Source of the DNA: Hemiscyllium ocellatum
Lineage: Eukaryota
Reading direction: 5' to 3'
Assembly (NCBI RefSeq): GCF_020745735.1
Contig: NC_083426.1
Coordinates: 12,834,001 to 12,898,000, forward strand
DNA length: 64,000 nt
Positions within the stretch are counted from its first letter, which is position 1, and every line of letters begins with the position of its first letter. This document shows positions 33,101 through 44,298 of this stretch, piece by piece. The position numbers were made by a program, and so were the translations under genes. Below the pieces are notes generated by a model. That model worked only from the letters and a program-made list of their open reading frames with translations, did no database searches and was not told the origin of the DNA.

Positions 33101-35407
33101 AGTTCTAGGGTACACCTAATCAGGTCCTGAGGATTTATCCACTTTTATGCATTTCAAGCCATCCAGCAGCTCCTCCTCTGTAACGTGGACATTTTTCAAG
33201 CTGTCCCTACATTCTATATCTTCCACATCCTTTTCCATAGTAAACACTGATGCAAAATACTTGTTTAGTATCTTCCCCATCTCCTGCGGCTCCACATGTG
33301 GGAACTCTCCAGAATCTCCATCCTAGCAGAGGATGAAGGGATTGCCTGGAAAATTGAATGTTCCACTTGGCAATTCCTCAACACCTGGGGCCACTCATTA
33401 CATTCAGAGATTTCTCATAAATTCCTGTAAAATTGTTATTCAGTAAAAGTTTGACGAATAAATGCATGGTCTCACTTTGGAGTAATGATTGCACTAACCC
33501 CATACTTCCGTTACATACCCCGAACTATACATTCCCAAGACTCCTTCTACCCCTCAGACTCATGCTGGGAATCATGGGAGCAATAGCGATGGATGTAGTT
33601 CAGTACATGATTACGCACACTGCAAGGAGAAAGTGAGGACTGCAGATGCTGGAGATCAGAGCTGAAAAATGTGTTGCTGGAAAAGTGCAGCAGGTCAGGC
33701 AGCATCAAAGGAGCAGGAGAATCAATGTTTCGAGCATAAGCTGTTCCTTTGATGCTGCCTGACCTGCTGCGCTTTTCCAGCAACACATTTTTCAGCTATG
33801 CACACTGCAATCCATGCTCAGTTTGAATATTTTAAACATTCAGCATTCCTGTTAAAGTTGTTTGAACAACTGTATTGTAACGTTTCAGGGACATCCTGCA
33901 TCATGTGTCATCAGAGAACGAAGAGTCTTAATGATGAACAGGTAAGAATAATAAATATTAACTTGCTGAAAATTGTTTAGAAATTTGAAGAACATAGGAT
34001 TGACAGCACAGGAATCAGCTATTTGGCCCATCTGTGACATACTGGCTCTTTTGCTCCACACAAGACATCTCCCATGACTCTTCATCTGACCTTTCCAATT
34101 CCCGCTTCCAACTCCTGCTTTGTTTACGTGCTGATCAAACTATCTCTTAAATTTCACAATGCATCTTCACTCAACTCCCCCTCGAGGAAAGAAGAAGGAG
34201 AGAGTTCAAAAGAAACCTTGTCCTATGAAGAGTGTCAGAAAGTGGGACTTATTGCCATTAGGGGTCATTGAGGCAAATACTGTGAAACCATTCAGAGGGG
34301 CAGCTGGATAAGCACATGAGGGTGAAATGAATAGCGAGATAAGTTAATAAGATTGGATGAAAATGGATAGAGGAGGCTCAAGAGGAGAATTACTTTAGTA
34401 CGGGGTTGCATTATACCCTGGAAATAGAATCATAGAGTCAGAGAAATGTACAGCACAGAAACAGACCCTTCAGTCCAACTCATCCCTGCCAGCCAGATAT
34501 CTCAACACAATCTGGTTCCATTTGCCAGCACTTGGCCCATATTCCTCTCAACCCTTCCCATTCGTACGCCCATCCAGATGCCTTATAAATGTTGCAATTA
34601 TACCAGCACCCACCACTTCCTCTGGCAGCTCATTCCATACACGCACCACCCTTTATGTGAAAAGGTTGCCCCTTAGGTCTCTTTTATATCTTTCCCCTCT
34701 CACCCTGAACCTATGCCCTCTAGTTCAGAACTCTCCCTCCCCAGGAAAAGTACTTTGACTATTTTACCCTATCCATGCCCTTCATGATTTAATAAACTTC
34801 TATAAGGTCACCCATCAGCTTTCAACGCTCCATGGAAAACATCCCCAGCCTATTCAGCCTCTCCCCGTAGCTCAAATTTTCCAACCCTGGCAACATCTTT
34901 GTCAATCTTTTCTGAACCCTTTCAAGTCTCACAACATCCTTCCAATAGGAAGGAGACCAGAACTGCACACAATAATAATTTATAATAACTTCTAATACTG
35001 TACATTGATTAAGAATAATCAAGAATTTGCTTTCTCTTCATAATAACGCACGTCACCATTCAAGTGAATGAAAAATACATTTTTTTCAAATTTAGGAAAT
35101 GGTGTCAGTGGAAGAGAACTTGGTATATGCAAACATAAACCACATTCAAAGGAACACAGCAGAAAGACAGAGAGAGAGAAGAAGCAACTTGAAGAATGAT
35201 GAAATCACATACGCAGTGTTGGCATTTCAAAAGAAATCTTCATCACTGAGCGGTGGGCTGGCAATGCACACAGGTGACAACTCAGACAGTGTCACCTACA
35301 GTGAGCTCAACTTTCCAAACCAGCCGCCAAAGGGGAATAAAAAAGCCCCAAAACGCAACACCCCTCAGGAATCTGGAAGGGACGTTTACGCTGATATTGA
35401 TTTTTAG
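9096..35407 (+). CDS. Gene A: CD300/pIgR-like (MDIR-like) inhibitory Ig-superfamily receptor, V-C2-V-C2-stalk-TM-ITIM tail, 625 aa
   Basis: join(9096..9132,13437..13751,13888..14205,23816..24130,24264..24587,28868..28988,31412..31494,33889..33941,35096..35407) = 1878 nt. Introns are all GT-AG, phases are compatible (1,1,1,1,1,2,1,0) and no stop was found. Every exon has a counterpart in gene B. Confidence 0.88.
9997..10235 (+). mobile_element. Penelope-like insertion (family 1) in gene A intron 1
   Basis: 13-bp TSD CTCATCATTGCAA (9984-9996 and 10236-10248). Empty site in gene B about 45380. Inverted terminal piece at the 5' end. Confidence 0.8.
10140..10175 (+). ncRNA. Minimal type I hammerhead ribozyme motif
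   Basis: AUUC-CUGAUGA-A-GGGC(UUAU)GCUC-GAAA-CG-UC|GAAU: complete core, 4-bp stem I, 4-bp stem II, palindromic ACGU in place of stem III. Activity not tested. Confidence 0.7.
11261..13291 (-). mobile_element. Internally deleted CR1 retaining 5'UTR and 3' end
   Basis: Empty site ATCATTC|CCTGGGAAT in the paralogous introns (about 46405; similar at about 23655). (CATAGAGT)n tail at the left, RT fragments, and a 5'UTR matching 19650-20250. Confidence 0.9.
13437..13751 (+). CDS. Gene A exon 2, Ig V-set domain 1 (CD300/pIgR type)
   Basis: tttcag|GT acceptor and GAAG|gtaaat donor, 315 nt, phase 1-1. Motifs [16 protein letters not shown] and DAGRYSCG. Confidence 0.92.
13888..14205 (+). CDS. Gene A exon 3, Ig C2-type domain 1 (FcR-like)
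   Basis: cccacag|AA acceptor and ATCG|gtaagt donor, 318 nt. [16 protein letters not shown]...QYYCTASN. Confidence 0.9.
14890..20270 (-). mobile_element. Near full-length CR1 LINE (5'UTR, ORF1 Zn-finger/esterase, ORF2 EN-RT), inactivated
   Basis: ORF1 remnants (ICNKC, VLGDS, DGLFLN), EN ([13 protein letters not shown]) and RT ([14 protein letters not shown]); 8-nt tail repeats. Absent from gene B at about 48168. Stops and frameshifts present. Confidence 0.92.
15246..16032 (+). mobile_element. Solo LTR (787 bp) inserted into the CR1
   Basis: TGTTG...CAACA termini, 4-bp TSD CCCC (15242-15245 and 16033-16036), AATAAA at 15940. The CR1 sequence resumes seamlessly on both sides. Confidence 0.85.
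20930..22108 (+). mobile_element. Old CR1 fragment in the post-C2 intron, module 1
   Basis: Decayed RT motifs (NDTKLGG, LEHCVQF); same ancestral insertion as 24725-26165 and 48855-50390. Confidence 0.8.
23061..23152 (-). mobile_element. Penelope family 1 terminal fragment
   Basis: GAGAAAGTGAGGACTG..GATGCTGGAGATCAGAG tail; absent in the paralogous introns. Confidence 0.6.
23816..24130 (+). CDS. Gene A exon 4, Ig V-set domain 2
   Basis: tttcag|AT acceptor and GAAG|gtaaat donor, 315 nt. [24 protein letters not shown]. Confidence 0.9.
24264..24587 (+). CDS. Gene A exon 5, Ig C2-type domain 2 (B-strand Cys replaced by Ser)
   Basis: cccacag|AA acceptor and ATCG|gtaagt donor, 324 nt. [10 protein letters not shown] where gene B has VTVSCESARG. 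Confidence 0.9.
24725..26165 (+). mobile_element. Old CR1 fragment, module 2 (3' end continues at about 28480-28680)
   Basis: Colinear with 48855-50390; split by the younger nested stack. Confidence 0.8.
26169..28479 (-). mobile_element. Younger CR1 (minus) interrupted by a plus-strand CR1 (26331-27175) and a Penelope insert
   Basis: The minus piece ending ...CATTCTTAA at 26330 continues as ATGTT... at about 27176. The plus copy ends in CTCTATGACTCTA. Confidence 0.8.
27652..28131. mobile_element. Penelope-like insertion (family 3): 215-bp inverted repeat plus 29-nt tail
   Basis: Arms 27652-27866 and 27888-28102; TSD AAAGGAA(A/C)GCAT. Encodes [20 protein letters not shown], which resembles a Penelope endonuclease C-terminus. 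Hammerhead core at 27728-27688 (minus). Confidence 0.8.
28868..28988 (+). CDS. Gene A exon 6, Ser/Thr/Pro-rich stalk
   Basis: tttcaacag|GT acceptor and AA|gtatta donor, 121 nt, phase 1-2. [40 protein letters not shown]. Same length and phase in gene B. Confidence 0.8.
29038..30055 (-). mobile_element. Penelope-like insertion (family 1) with 111-bp inverted termini
   Basis: TSD ACAATATTTTT (29027-29037 and 30056-30066). Arms 29076-29186 and 29943-30053. GIY-YIG C-terminal peptide [38 protein letters not shown]. Confidence 0.85.
29439..29765 (+). mobile_element. Full-length HE1-like SINE nested in the Penelope insert
   Basis: A box TGGCACAGTGGTT, B box GGTTCAATTCC, (TAATC)n tail. It splits the EEHLI|FSLG coding run. 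Confidence 0.9.
31412..31494 (+). CDS. Gene A exon 7, transmembrane segment
   Basis: tatcacag|T acceptor and AAGG|gtgagt donor. [27 protein letters not shown], no charged residue in the helix. Confidence 0.88.
31621..33294 (-). mobile_element. 5'-truncated CR1 in gene A post-TM intron
   Basis: Empty site GAGCTG|CATGTGGG in gene B at about 52615; RT fragments and tail. Confidence 0.9.
33626..33796. mobile_element. Penelope family 1 mini-insert with about 52-bp inverted arms
   Basis: 14-bp TSD TA(C/T)GCACACTGCAA; empty in gene B at about 52940. Confidence 0.8.
33889..33941 (+). CDS. Gene A exon 8, juxtamembrane cytoplasmic exon with CxxC
   Basis: tttcag|GG acceptor and CAG|gtaaga donor, 53 nt. 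[18 protein letters not shown]. Phase 1-0 bridges the TM exon to the last exon. Confidence 0.8.
34428..34972 (-). mobile_element. CR1 3' fragment in gene A last intron
   Basis: Tail and ORF2 C-terminus; absent from gene B at about 53675. Confidence 0.85.
35096..35407 (+). CDS. Gene A exon 9, ITIM-bearing cytoplasmic tail
   Basis: tttag|GAA acceptor, ORF to TAG at 35407. Motifs LVYANI, ITYAVL, VTYSEL and DVYADI. Confidence 0.9.
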   Translation, partial: EMVSVEENLVYANINHIQRNTAERQRERRSNLKNDEITYAVLAFQKKSSSLSGGLAMHTGDNSDSVTYSELNFPNQPPKGNKKAPKRNTPQESGRDVYADIDF

Positions 35408-35897
35408 GAAAACCATGATGAGATATTTTTCCTGTTCATTTTTCCTTCTTACTTTGCAATGCAGTTGTATTGAATTTTGTCTGTTGTTAGCTGTTATTGT
35501 CAGTTTGCTTTCCTCAGCAGATGGAATCAATTTAACTTTTATTCCCAAGTCTGGGTCATTTGCATTAAATAACAAGAGCAGAAGTCTAAATACCAAGGTG
35601 TTTGGCAACCCAATCAGTCCCCATCTCCCTGTCTCCCCTCACTCTAACCTCGGAGTCACAGATTCCAGGTTGGAGTCCCACTTCCGGAGTTAAGTTCAAA
35701 AATCAAACTTGACTTGCTAGCATGGCACTATGGGCTCCTAATGATTGTGTGATACAGAACTTGCACATTGTTAAAAAGAGATGCAAAAGTTTAAGTTTTT
35801 GTTCCACTCTCATCAGGACTAAGCCACAAAAAAAAACTTCAAAAGGGAATATCAATATAAACAGCATGAGAAGAGAGTGCAAATTGTTTGGATAATG

Positions 35898-36073
35898 TTA
35901 AAAATGGCAAAACACCAGGTTATAATCCAACAGGTTTAATTGGAAGCACACTAGCTTTCGGAGCGCTACTCTTTCATCAGGTGGGCTTCCAATTAAACCT
36001 GTTGGACTATAACCTGGTGTTGTGTCATTGTTAACTTTGTACACCCCAGTCCAACACTGGCATCTCTAAATCA
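35898..36073. mobile_element. Penelope family 2 insert with inverted arms; hammerhead at 35984-35948 (minus)
   Basis: 13-bp TSD TGTTTGGATAATG. CCAC-CUGAUGA-A-AGAGU(AGC)GCUCC-GAAA-GC-UA|GUG. Confidence 0.8.
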
Positions 36074-37121
36074 TGTTTGGATAATGGTTGACATGGAGAG
36101 GCAGCAGGAACTGTTAACCATCAAGCTTCACTGATAAAGCTCAGACCAGCCAAGTAGGCTCTGATTGGTTTAGGCTGCAATGATTAGCAAAGTGCATGAT
36201 TCTCTCCTCAATTAAACAGGTGAGATGTACGGACATACTCATTTTCCTGAAAAAAAACAGGGCCCTCAGTAGTAATATATGTAATTTCTAGCCTGCACAA
36301 ATGAATCACACTGCAAGCCCAGTGGATAATCTGAAACTGGTTTCCAGTGTGTTTCTGTGCACAGGTGGGACTGTTCAATATTGTTCAACAGCAGCATCAT
36401 GTCTAATGTTGGATATGTCACCCTGGGATTACAGTATGGTCTTGTTAACATGATTGGCTCACTGCTGGCCTGCAGTGTTGTCTGATATAGTCAGCCTACA
36501 CACTTGGCATCACAGCAACATTAAAGCTGGTATTCCACAGTGTTTCTGAATTATAATAATTGGGAAGTGGAATTGGTTGGACATTATTGGGTTGAAGAGG
36601 GATTTAACATGTGATTGCTGGAAAAATGTCAATTCAAACTGCTTTTTTTTGCTGTGTACTGGAACAACAAATAATTTTGGGAAGTAGGCAACATTTAAAA
36701 GAGATTGTATTTCTGGCCTAAATGTCTGAACAAACTTGAAGAGAAATCCTCAGCCTTATCCTGTTGTCCGAATTTATCCCACCCACAAACCCTCAGCAGG
36801 GCTGTGTAATCTTCCCCTCTCTGTGTGTGAATCTGTGTTTGAGATTAAGAGGATGTAGTTTGGTTCCTCACTGTTCTGCCAATTGATTTTTAAAAAGGTT
36901 TGTTTTAATAAACAAGTTATTTTTGGAGTACATCAAAAAAACGAAAGAGTCTTTTGTTTATAATAACTGTAATAAATAGAAATAACTAAACCGTTTTAGT
37001 GAAAATGTGAAATACTAATGCATTTGGTATTGCTTGTAGAGCAGTGGGATTTTATTAACTGTACACACTCCCCATCAGAACCGTAGCTGAGGTAAGAGAC
37101 TCCACTCCCAAACCTATGGGC

Positions 37122-37271
37122 CAGGATGTTGAGGTGCCAGTGTTGGACTGGAGTGGGCAAAGTCAGAAGTCACACGACACCGGGTTATAGTGCATCAGGT
37201 TTATTGAGATCACAAGCTTTCTGAGCGTTGGTCCTTCAGGTGAAGTCACCTGATGATGGGACAGTGCTCTG
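37122..37271. mobile_element. Penelope family 2 insert with head-to-head hammerhead remnants
   Basis: TSD AAACCT(A/C)TGGGC (37110-37121 and 37272-37283). Confidence 0.7.
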
Positions 37272-37489
37272 AAACCTCTGGGCACAATCTTCTCTGCCCA
37301 GAGGCGGTAGGCCTGGAGTTGGCAAGTGAGCTTTATTAGCTCGGATGGTGGGGCACCTAACCCAGGCACTTCTCCACCCTTGATTGAATTTGGATCTCAG
37401 CAGGAAGGTCCAAGCTCCAATAACACCAACTCACCACCAACTGAGACCCTTAAGTGCTCATTCAAGCTTCAAGTGCTCTTTCAGCTCCA

Positions 37490-37895
37490 GGAGAAAGTGA
37501 AGACTGCAGATGCTGGAGGTCAGAGTCAAAACGTGTGGCACTGGAAAAGCACAGCAGGTCAGGCAGCATCCGAGGAAGGAGAGTCAACGTTTTAGGCAGA
37601 AGCTCTTCATCAGGAATGGAAGGCACGGGCAGAAGTATGTTGAGAGATAAATAGGAGGGTGGGGCTGGAGCTGGGGCTGAGGGAGGGTAGCTCAGAAAGT
37701 GATAGGTAGATGCACGTGGGAGGTGATGGTGATAGGTCAGAGGGGATGGTGGAGCGGTTTGGTGGGAAGGAAGATGGACAAGTAGGATAGTTCAAAAGGG
37801 CAGTGCCGGGTTGGAGGATTTGATCTGAGATGAGGTGGAGGAAGGGCAGATGAGGAAACTGGTGAAGTGATCATTGATGCCGCGTGGTTGGAGAG
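37490..37895 (-). mobile_element. Penelope family 1 3' fragment at the A/B block boundary
   Basis: Terminal repeat and a decayed hammerhead at about 37585-37617. Confidence 0.7.
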
Positions 37896-40230
37896 TCCCT
37901 CATCTTTCGCTATCAACCGTCCCTTCACTCTTTCCCACACGCACGTGCGCGCACACACACAAATCTAGGGGGTGAAGTTACGTTTGCAGATTTGTATTTG
38001 CAGACATATTACATTTTGTTCAAAAAGCACTCAGTCTGGAGGCAGTCAGTCAATGTTACATTTTATAAATTCCTGCTTTGGAAATAAAACTAATCTGACT
38101 GCAGGTTGGAACACAGACTCTATCCTCATACCTTTAATACATTGTCTGGGCAAAATGTCACTTCCTTTTATTTACTGATAAAAACTTAAGGTATATCAGG
38201 GCAGTGATGAGAGAAATTCTGGGATGTACATATTCATCAATCAATACCTGTATCCCCATTCTACATGATTACAGACTGAGCAGCAATCTCGGTTTCTCTA
38301 ACACATTGCACCAAATGTGTGACACTTTGATATTTTAATTATAAATCCTGTGCCCTATGTATCTTGCCCAATGGCTCCCTGACAAAGGGGTAGTGCTTTG
38401 AAAGCTTGTATTTTCAAATAAACCTGTTGGACTATAACCTGGTGTTGTGTGATTTTCAGCTCTGTCCATTCCAGTCCAACAGCAGCCCCTCCACATCCTG
38501 AATCTTCTTGCCAGTGGCTCATACCCAGCAGACAGTGAGTGCTGAGCCTGAGTCTGAATGACAGTTGTTCACCTCTCCAAGGAGACAGCTAGACATACGG
38601 CTCGGGATTGATAGTGATGGTTGATGCCTCCATCCCCATTGATCCAGTTTAAGGGCTGTCCCTGACATACCGACCTGCTGTGATTGTGCTTGTCTGAGCA
38701 TTTTCACAACTTCAATAAAATTACACCTGACAATTCTGAAGATTGAAGCCATTATCTTTATCCCACTGCAATCACCTTTCCTTAGCCACTGACTCCATCC
38801 ATCTCCCTGTCCAACAGAGCTCTATCCACAATGTTGTTAGCTCCACACTGAACGAGTCCAACATCATTCCAGCTGGCCTTAAATCTTCCACCATACATCA
38901 ACTTGCTTTCATCTATATCTCTGCTCCAGCTTTACATCTTTGAAGGTGCTATATAAATGCAACTTGCCATATTCACAAACACACAAACAAGGCCAGGCTT
39001 TGAAAGAAATGAATGTGCTTCTCAGCTCACTGTATTTTGAAAGCTGCAAATCCACCGATATCATTCTGAAGAGTTTGAACTTTTATCCCAGATGTTACAA
39101 TCCAAATTAATTTCAATGGCATTGAATAATTTTAAACTTTTGCCAAATTAAAATTTCAATCTTCTAAAATAGTTTTCCTCCCAAAATTACTTTATTTCTA
39201 AAAATGTTTCTGTCTGCAGCATGCTGTGTGTGAATGGTTCATTGTAAATGAACATACATTCAGTTTGGGCCCATTCCATTAAACCCTCAAACAGGTTCCT
39301 GGTCAATGAGGAATGTAACTGAGAATTATAGAATCCCTACAGTGCAGAAAGAGGCCATTTGGCCCATCTGAAGAACATCCCACCAGATGCAGAACCCCAC
39401 TCTGTTCCCATAGCCACACATTTCACACGGCTAACCCACCGAGCCTGTACATCCCTGAACACAATGGACAATTTAGCCTGACCATTCAACCCAACCTGAA
39501 CATCATTAAAGTTAAAAATCACACAACACCAGGTTACAGTCCGACAATTTCATCTGGAAGTACATGCTTTTGAAGCGCTGCTCCTTCGTCAGGTAGACAG
39601 AGGAGTAGGATCATAGGACACAAAATGTACAGCAAAAGATCTTTAGAAAGTAAGAAGAAACTGCAGTACCTGGAGGAAACCCACACAGACAGGGAGAGTG
39701 CTCAAAATGCACAGTCACCCAAGACTTGAACTGAACCCAGGGATTACTGGGACTGTGAGGCAGCAGTGCTAACCACCGAGACACTGTGCTGTCCATTTTT
39801 GAGAAGTTGAGATGTAAAACACAAGTTTCCACACTTGTTCATGTTTTGATGTTCATTGTGTTTTCACGCTATAAGAAAAAGTGTGAATAATATCAAGGGA
39901 GATGTGTGATAGATAGCCCTGGATGTACAATCAGAGTAAGTGTCAGTTACTTTGGTCTGCAAATTGGAGAGAGAGCTGCCCTGGTACAGCACTTGCTGGA
40001 GGCTAATGTTGTGGGGCCTGGTCCATTTGAAGGACATTGTTGGATGTGGATGGAACAAACAGTGGACAGATGTATCGGGGTCCGGCCTGTGTGGGATGTA
40101 GGTTATGAATCACAAAGAGGACAGCTGAAAGGGGAGAGAAGCTTTATCGATTAATCTACAGGGGAGATTCCAAAGGATCAGAAGAAACATTATCGATTAA
40201 AATGTGCTATAAACTGGAGTTAAAGTTCCT

Positions 40231-42390
40231 ACAGGAGGGGGGTACGAGAAAGGCTTGGCAGAACGGATTAGGGAGAACACAAAGGCAATTTAACCTGATG
40301 TAAGGAATAAGAGAATGTTCAAAGAAAGAGTAGCGCCAATCAGGGATAGCATAGGGAACTTGTGTGTGGAGTCTGAGGAGTTAGGGGAAGCCCTAAATGA
40401 GATTTTTGCTTCTGTCTTTACAAAAGAAACGAACTTTGTAGTGCATGAAACCTTTGAAGAGCAGGTGTGCATGTTGGAATGGATAGAGATAGAGGAAGAT
40501 GATGTGCTGAAAATTTTGTCAAACATTAAGATTGACAAGTCGCCAGGCCCATACCAGATTTAGATTAGATTAGATTACTTACAGTGCGGAAACAGGCCCT
40601 TCGGCCCAACAAGTCCACACCGACCCGCCGAAGCGCAACCCACCCATACCCCTACATTTACCCCTTACCTAACACTACGGGCAATTTAGCATGGCCAATT
40701 CACCTGACCCGCACATCTTAGGACTGTGGGAGGAAATCGGAGCACCCGGAGGAAACCCACGCAGACAAGGGGAGAACGTGCAAACTCCACACAGTCAGTC
40801 GCCTGAGTCGGGAATTGAACCCGGGTCTCAGGCGCTGTGAGGCAGCAGTGCTAACCACTGTGCCACCGTGCCGCCCACTGATTTGTCCTCGGCTGCTTTG
40901 GAAAAAGAGAAATGCAATTGCTTCACCACTTGTGAAGATTTTTGCGTCCTCGCTCTCCATTGGAGTCGTACCTGAGGACTGGAGGGAGGCAAATGTAATT
41001 CCTCTCTTCAAGAAAGGAATTAGGTAAATCCCGGCAATTACAGACCAGTAAGTCTCACGTCGGTCATCTGCAAGGTGTTAGAAAGGATTCTGAGGGATAG
41101 GATTTATGACCATCTGGAAGAGTATGGCTTGATTAAATGCTGTCAACACGGCTTTGTGAGGGGGAGGTCATGCCTCACAAACCTTATCAAGTTCTTTGAG
41201 GATGTGACTAGAAACGTTGATGAGGGTCGAGCTGTGGATGTGGTGTATATGGATTTCAGCAAGGCGTTTGATAAGGTTCCCCATGGTAGGCTCAGTCAGA
41301 CGGTCAGGAGGAATGGGATACAGGGGAACTTAGCTGTCTGGATACAGAATTGGCTGGCCAACACAAGACAGCAAGTGGTATAAGAAGGAAAATATTCAGC
41401 CTGGAAGTCAGTTGTGAGTCGTGTTCCACAGGGCTCTGTCCTTGGGCCTCTACTGGTTGTAATTTTTATTAATGACTTGGATGAGGGGATTGAAGGATGA
41501 GTCAGCAAGTTTGCAGATGACACAAAGGTTGGAGGTGTCGTTGACAGCATAGAGGGATGTTGGAGGCTGCAGCGGGACATTGACAGGATTCAGAGATGGG
41601 CTGAGAGGTGGCAGATGGAGTTCGACCTGGATGAATGCGAGGTGATGCATTTTGGAAAGTCAAATTGGAAAGCTGAGTACAGGATTAAGGATCGGATTCT
41701 TGGCAGTGTGGAGGAACAGAGGGATCTTGGTGTGCAGGTACATAGATCCCTTAAAATGGCACCCAAGTGGACAGGGTTGTTAAGAAAGCATATGGTGTTT
41801 TGGCTTTCATTAACAGGGGGAGTTTAAGAGTTGTGAGATCTTGTTGCAGATCATTCAAACTTTGGTTAGACCGCACATGGAATACTGCATCCAGTTCTGG
41901 TCGCCCTATTATCGGAAAGATGTGGATTCTTTGGAAAGGGTTCAGAGGAGGTTTACCAGGATGTTGCCTGAACTGGAGGGCTTATCTTATGAAGAGAGGT
42001 TGACTGAGCTCGGACTTTTTTCATTGGAGAAAAGGAGGAGGAGAGGGGGCCTAATTGAGGTGTACAAGATAATGAGAGGCATAGATAGAGTCGTTAGCCA
42101 GGGACTATTTCCCAGGGCAGAAATGACTAACATGAGGGGTCATAGTTTTAAGCTGGTTGGAGGAAAGTATAGAGGGGATGTCAGAGGTGGGTTCTTTACA
42201 CAGAGAGTTGTGAGAGCATGGAATGCGTTGCCAGCAGCAGTTGTGGGAGCAAGGTCATTGGGGACATTTAGGAGACTGTTGGACATGCATCTGGTCACAG
42301 AAATGTGAGGGTGCATACATGAGGATCAATGGTCAGCACAACATCGTGGGCTGAAGGGCCTGTTCTGTGCTGTACTGTTCTATGTTCTAA
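40231..42390 (+). mobile_element. CR1 of a second family ((GTTCTAT)n tail), 5'-truncated
   Basis: RT motifs ([26 protein letters not shown]). Empty sites at about 4345 and 6575. Confidence 0.9.
40561..40877 (-). mobile_element. Full-length HE1-like SINE nested in CR1
   Basis: A/B boxes on the minus strand, (GATTA)n tail, short GATTT duplication. Confidence 0.88.
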
Positions 42391-44261
42391 CACTGAGCAT
42401 TTTATATTGTCCAGAAACTGTGTGACAAATAGCTCAGGAGTTCAGGAATATGTCACTAACTGTTACAGCAGGGACATTAAACAACTCTTCCACAGGCTTT
42501 CAAAACGTTTGTTAGACACTTGGGATTGGCCTCCTCAGTCACTGGTAAAACCCCAGAGCCTGTGGGGAAGCCCATTGTGAAACCACAACCCATACCTGCA
42601 GGCACTGTAACACCCTCCTGGCACCCATTGTCTACAGCTCAGTAAAGAGGGAGAACTGTGTCACCTGGAGCAATATGTCTGCAGCCACGTTTGCACAGCC
42701 ACTGTCAGAAATGTTCAGTGGAGAGGCATTCTGGAAAGGCAGGGTGGGGACAGTTTTCTTAGAGCCCAGATCAGTGTTAATCAACAGGATATTGGAGGTG
42801 GCACACTTTCGGTCATTCAAGGCTGTACTGAGAGTTTTCAGATCCAGCCCATTGATCACCATCTCTGGGAAGGAAACCTCCTGGGACAGGCTCATGTCCA
42901 TGTTGTGGGTGGATCACTGCACCATTCCAGAGTAAATGGGACATCCATCTGAATGAGGGAGGGGCTTTGTGGCGGCTCCAAGTCCTGCAATTTTCTGTCT
43001 CAGAAGAACGGTCTTTTAAAAACTGCTGAGTGACCGTCTATCAGGATATGGCTTTGACACTGAGCAAGTCACTTTACAGGATCCCTGACAGTTTGATCAG
43101 ATATTCTACACTCTGTTAATAACTGTTACACTCACTGTTTCATCACAGAATGTAATTTTTCAATCTGGTCTATTTTTCCAACTGATTCTACAATGTCCAT
43201 GTCATTCAGGGGCTGGGGGATCTCTGCTCTCTGTTTCTGACACTCAGACACTGGTGACCTGACAGCAGAGGGGTTTCATCCCCATTGGGATATTAACCCC
43301 CAAATGTTTCCAAGTGTTCTTTAGGAGTTTACCCAACGTGTTGTTTCTGTTTCCCAGACAGAGCATTGCGATGGTCCTCGTTGGTTCAGTCTCTGGGTAA
43401 TGACTCCAGTGACTCTCCTCCCATATTAAGGGTTAAGGTGGGGGCACTGCCTTCAGCATTGTGGCTGGGGGTGAGCACGGTTGGTGAATGGTCAAAGATG
43501 ATCTTCTCAAAGGTGAAACCCAGCATGGTTCACCAGACTCACTCATCATCAACCATGTTCTGGTGAATACAAAGCCCCATGTCAGTCGGTACACCAGAGG
43601 GATCCTCACCTTGGAACTGAAGCTCACTCCCAGTTACTCAATCACAGTTCACTTCCCCCTGAATTTTCTCTGTGTCAGTTGAGTTTCATTCTCTGCCTGA
43701 AATCGGCCCCAGGACCTTTTACTTGAATCTTGTGGGAATGGAGCAGAGGATGTCCTTCTCCTGCCCATCGGGGAATTCAGATCCTGACACAATAATTATT
43801 CAGCACTGACGGTAGGAGGCATATTCTGCAAACAAAATATTTGAAAGAGCTCTATTTTTAGGTGAAGGCTTAATTTTCGCAAACTAAATCGATGTCTGTC
43901 TCAAACTGTAGGTTGAAATTTCCTAACATGGGAGAATGAGACAGTTGTCATTCAAATGAGATTTCAGTATAAATACTGAGCTTGGGTCAACATTATCCTG
44001 AGCACCTGATGCGTTAACTGCCTTGGTTTCAGAATTTTTTGTTCATTCGATAAAAATTCTTTAGCTCTGTTAAACATAACCAAGGAGAAAAATCTCTTCA
44101 CGATTAAATTTCACTGGCTCACTGTGGTTTCTGAAGCTGGCTTCCTGTTCCTCTTCCTCATTTAACTTCTTGTAGACATTGCATTGCACAGTATCTCAAT
44201 GTGAGAAATAAGAGCTGAGAGACTGACATCAAGAACTGAACTGATCTTTGTGAACAAAACG

Positions 44262-44298
44262 ATGTGGACTTTGATTCTCCTCATTTGTTCCATTCCCG
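44262..44298 (+). CDS. Gene B exon 1, signal peptide MWTLILLICSIP(G)
   Basis: ATG at 44262, donor CCG|gtgagt. Confidence 0.85.

Noticed and set aside
35253-35693. 146-aa alternative-frame ORF over the last exon
   Set aside because: Only 88 aa in gene B (53960-54226) and no domain; the ITIM frame is the conserved one.
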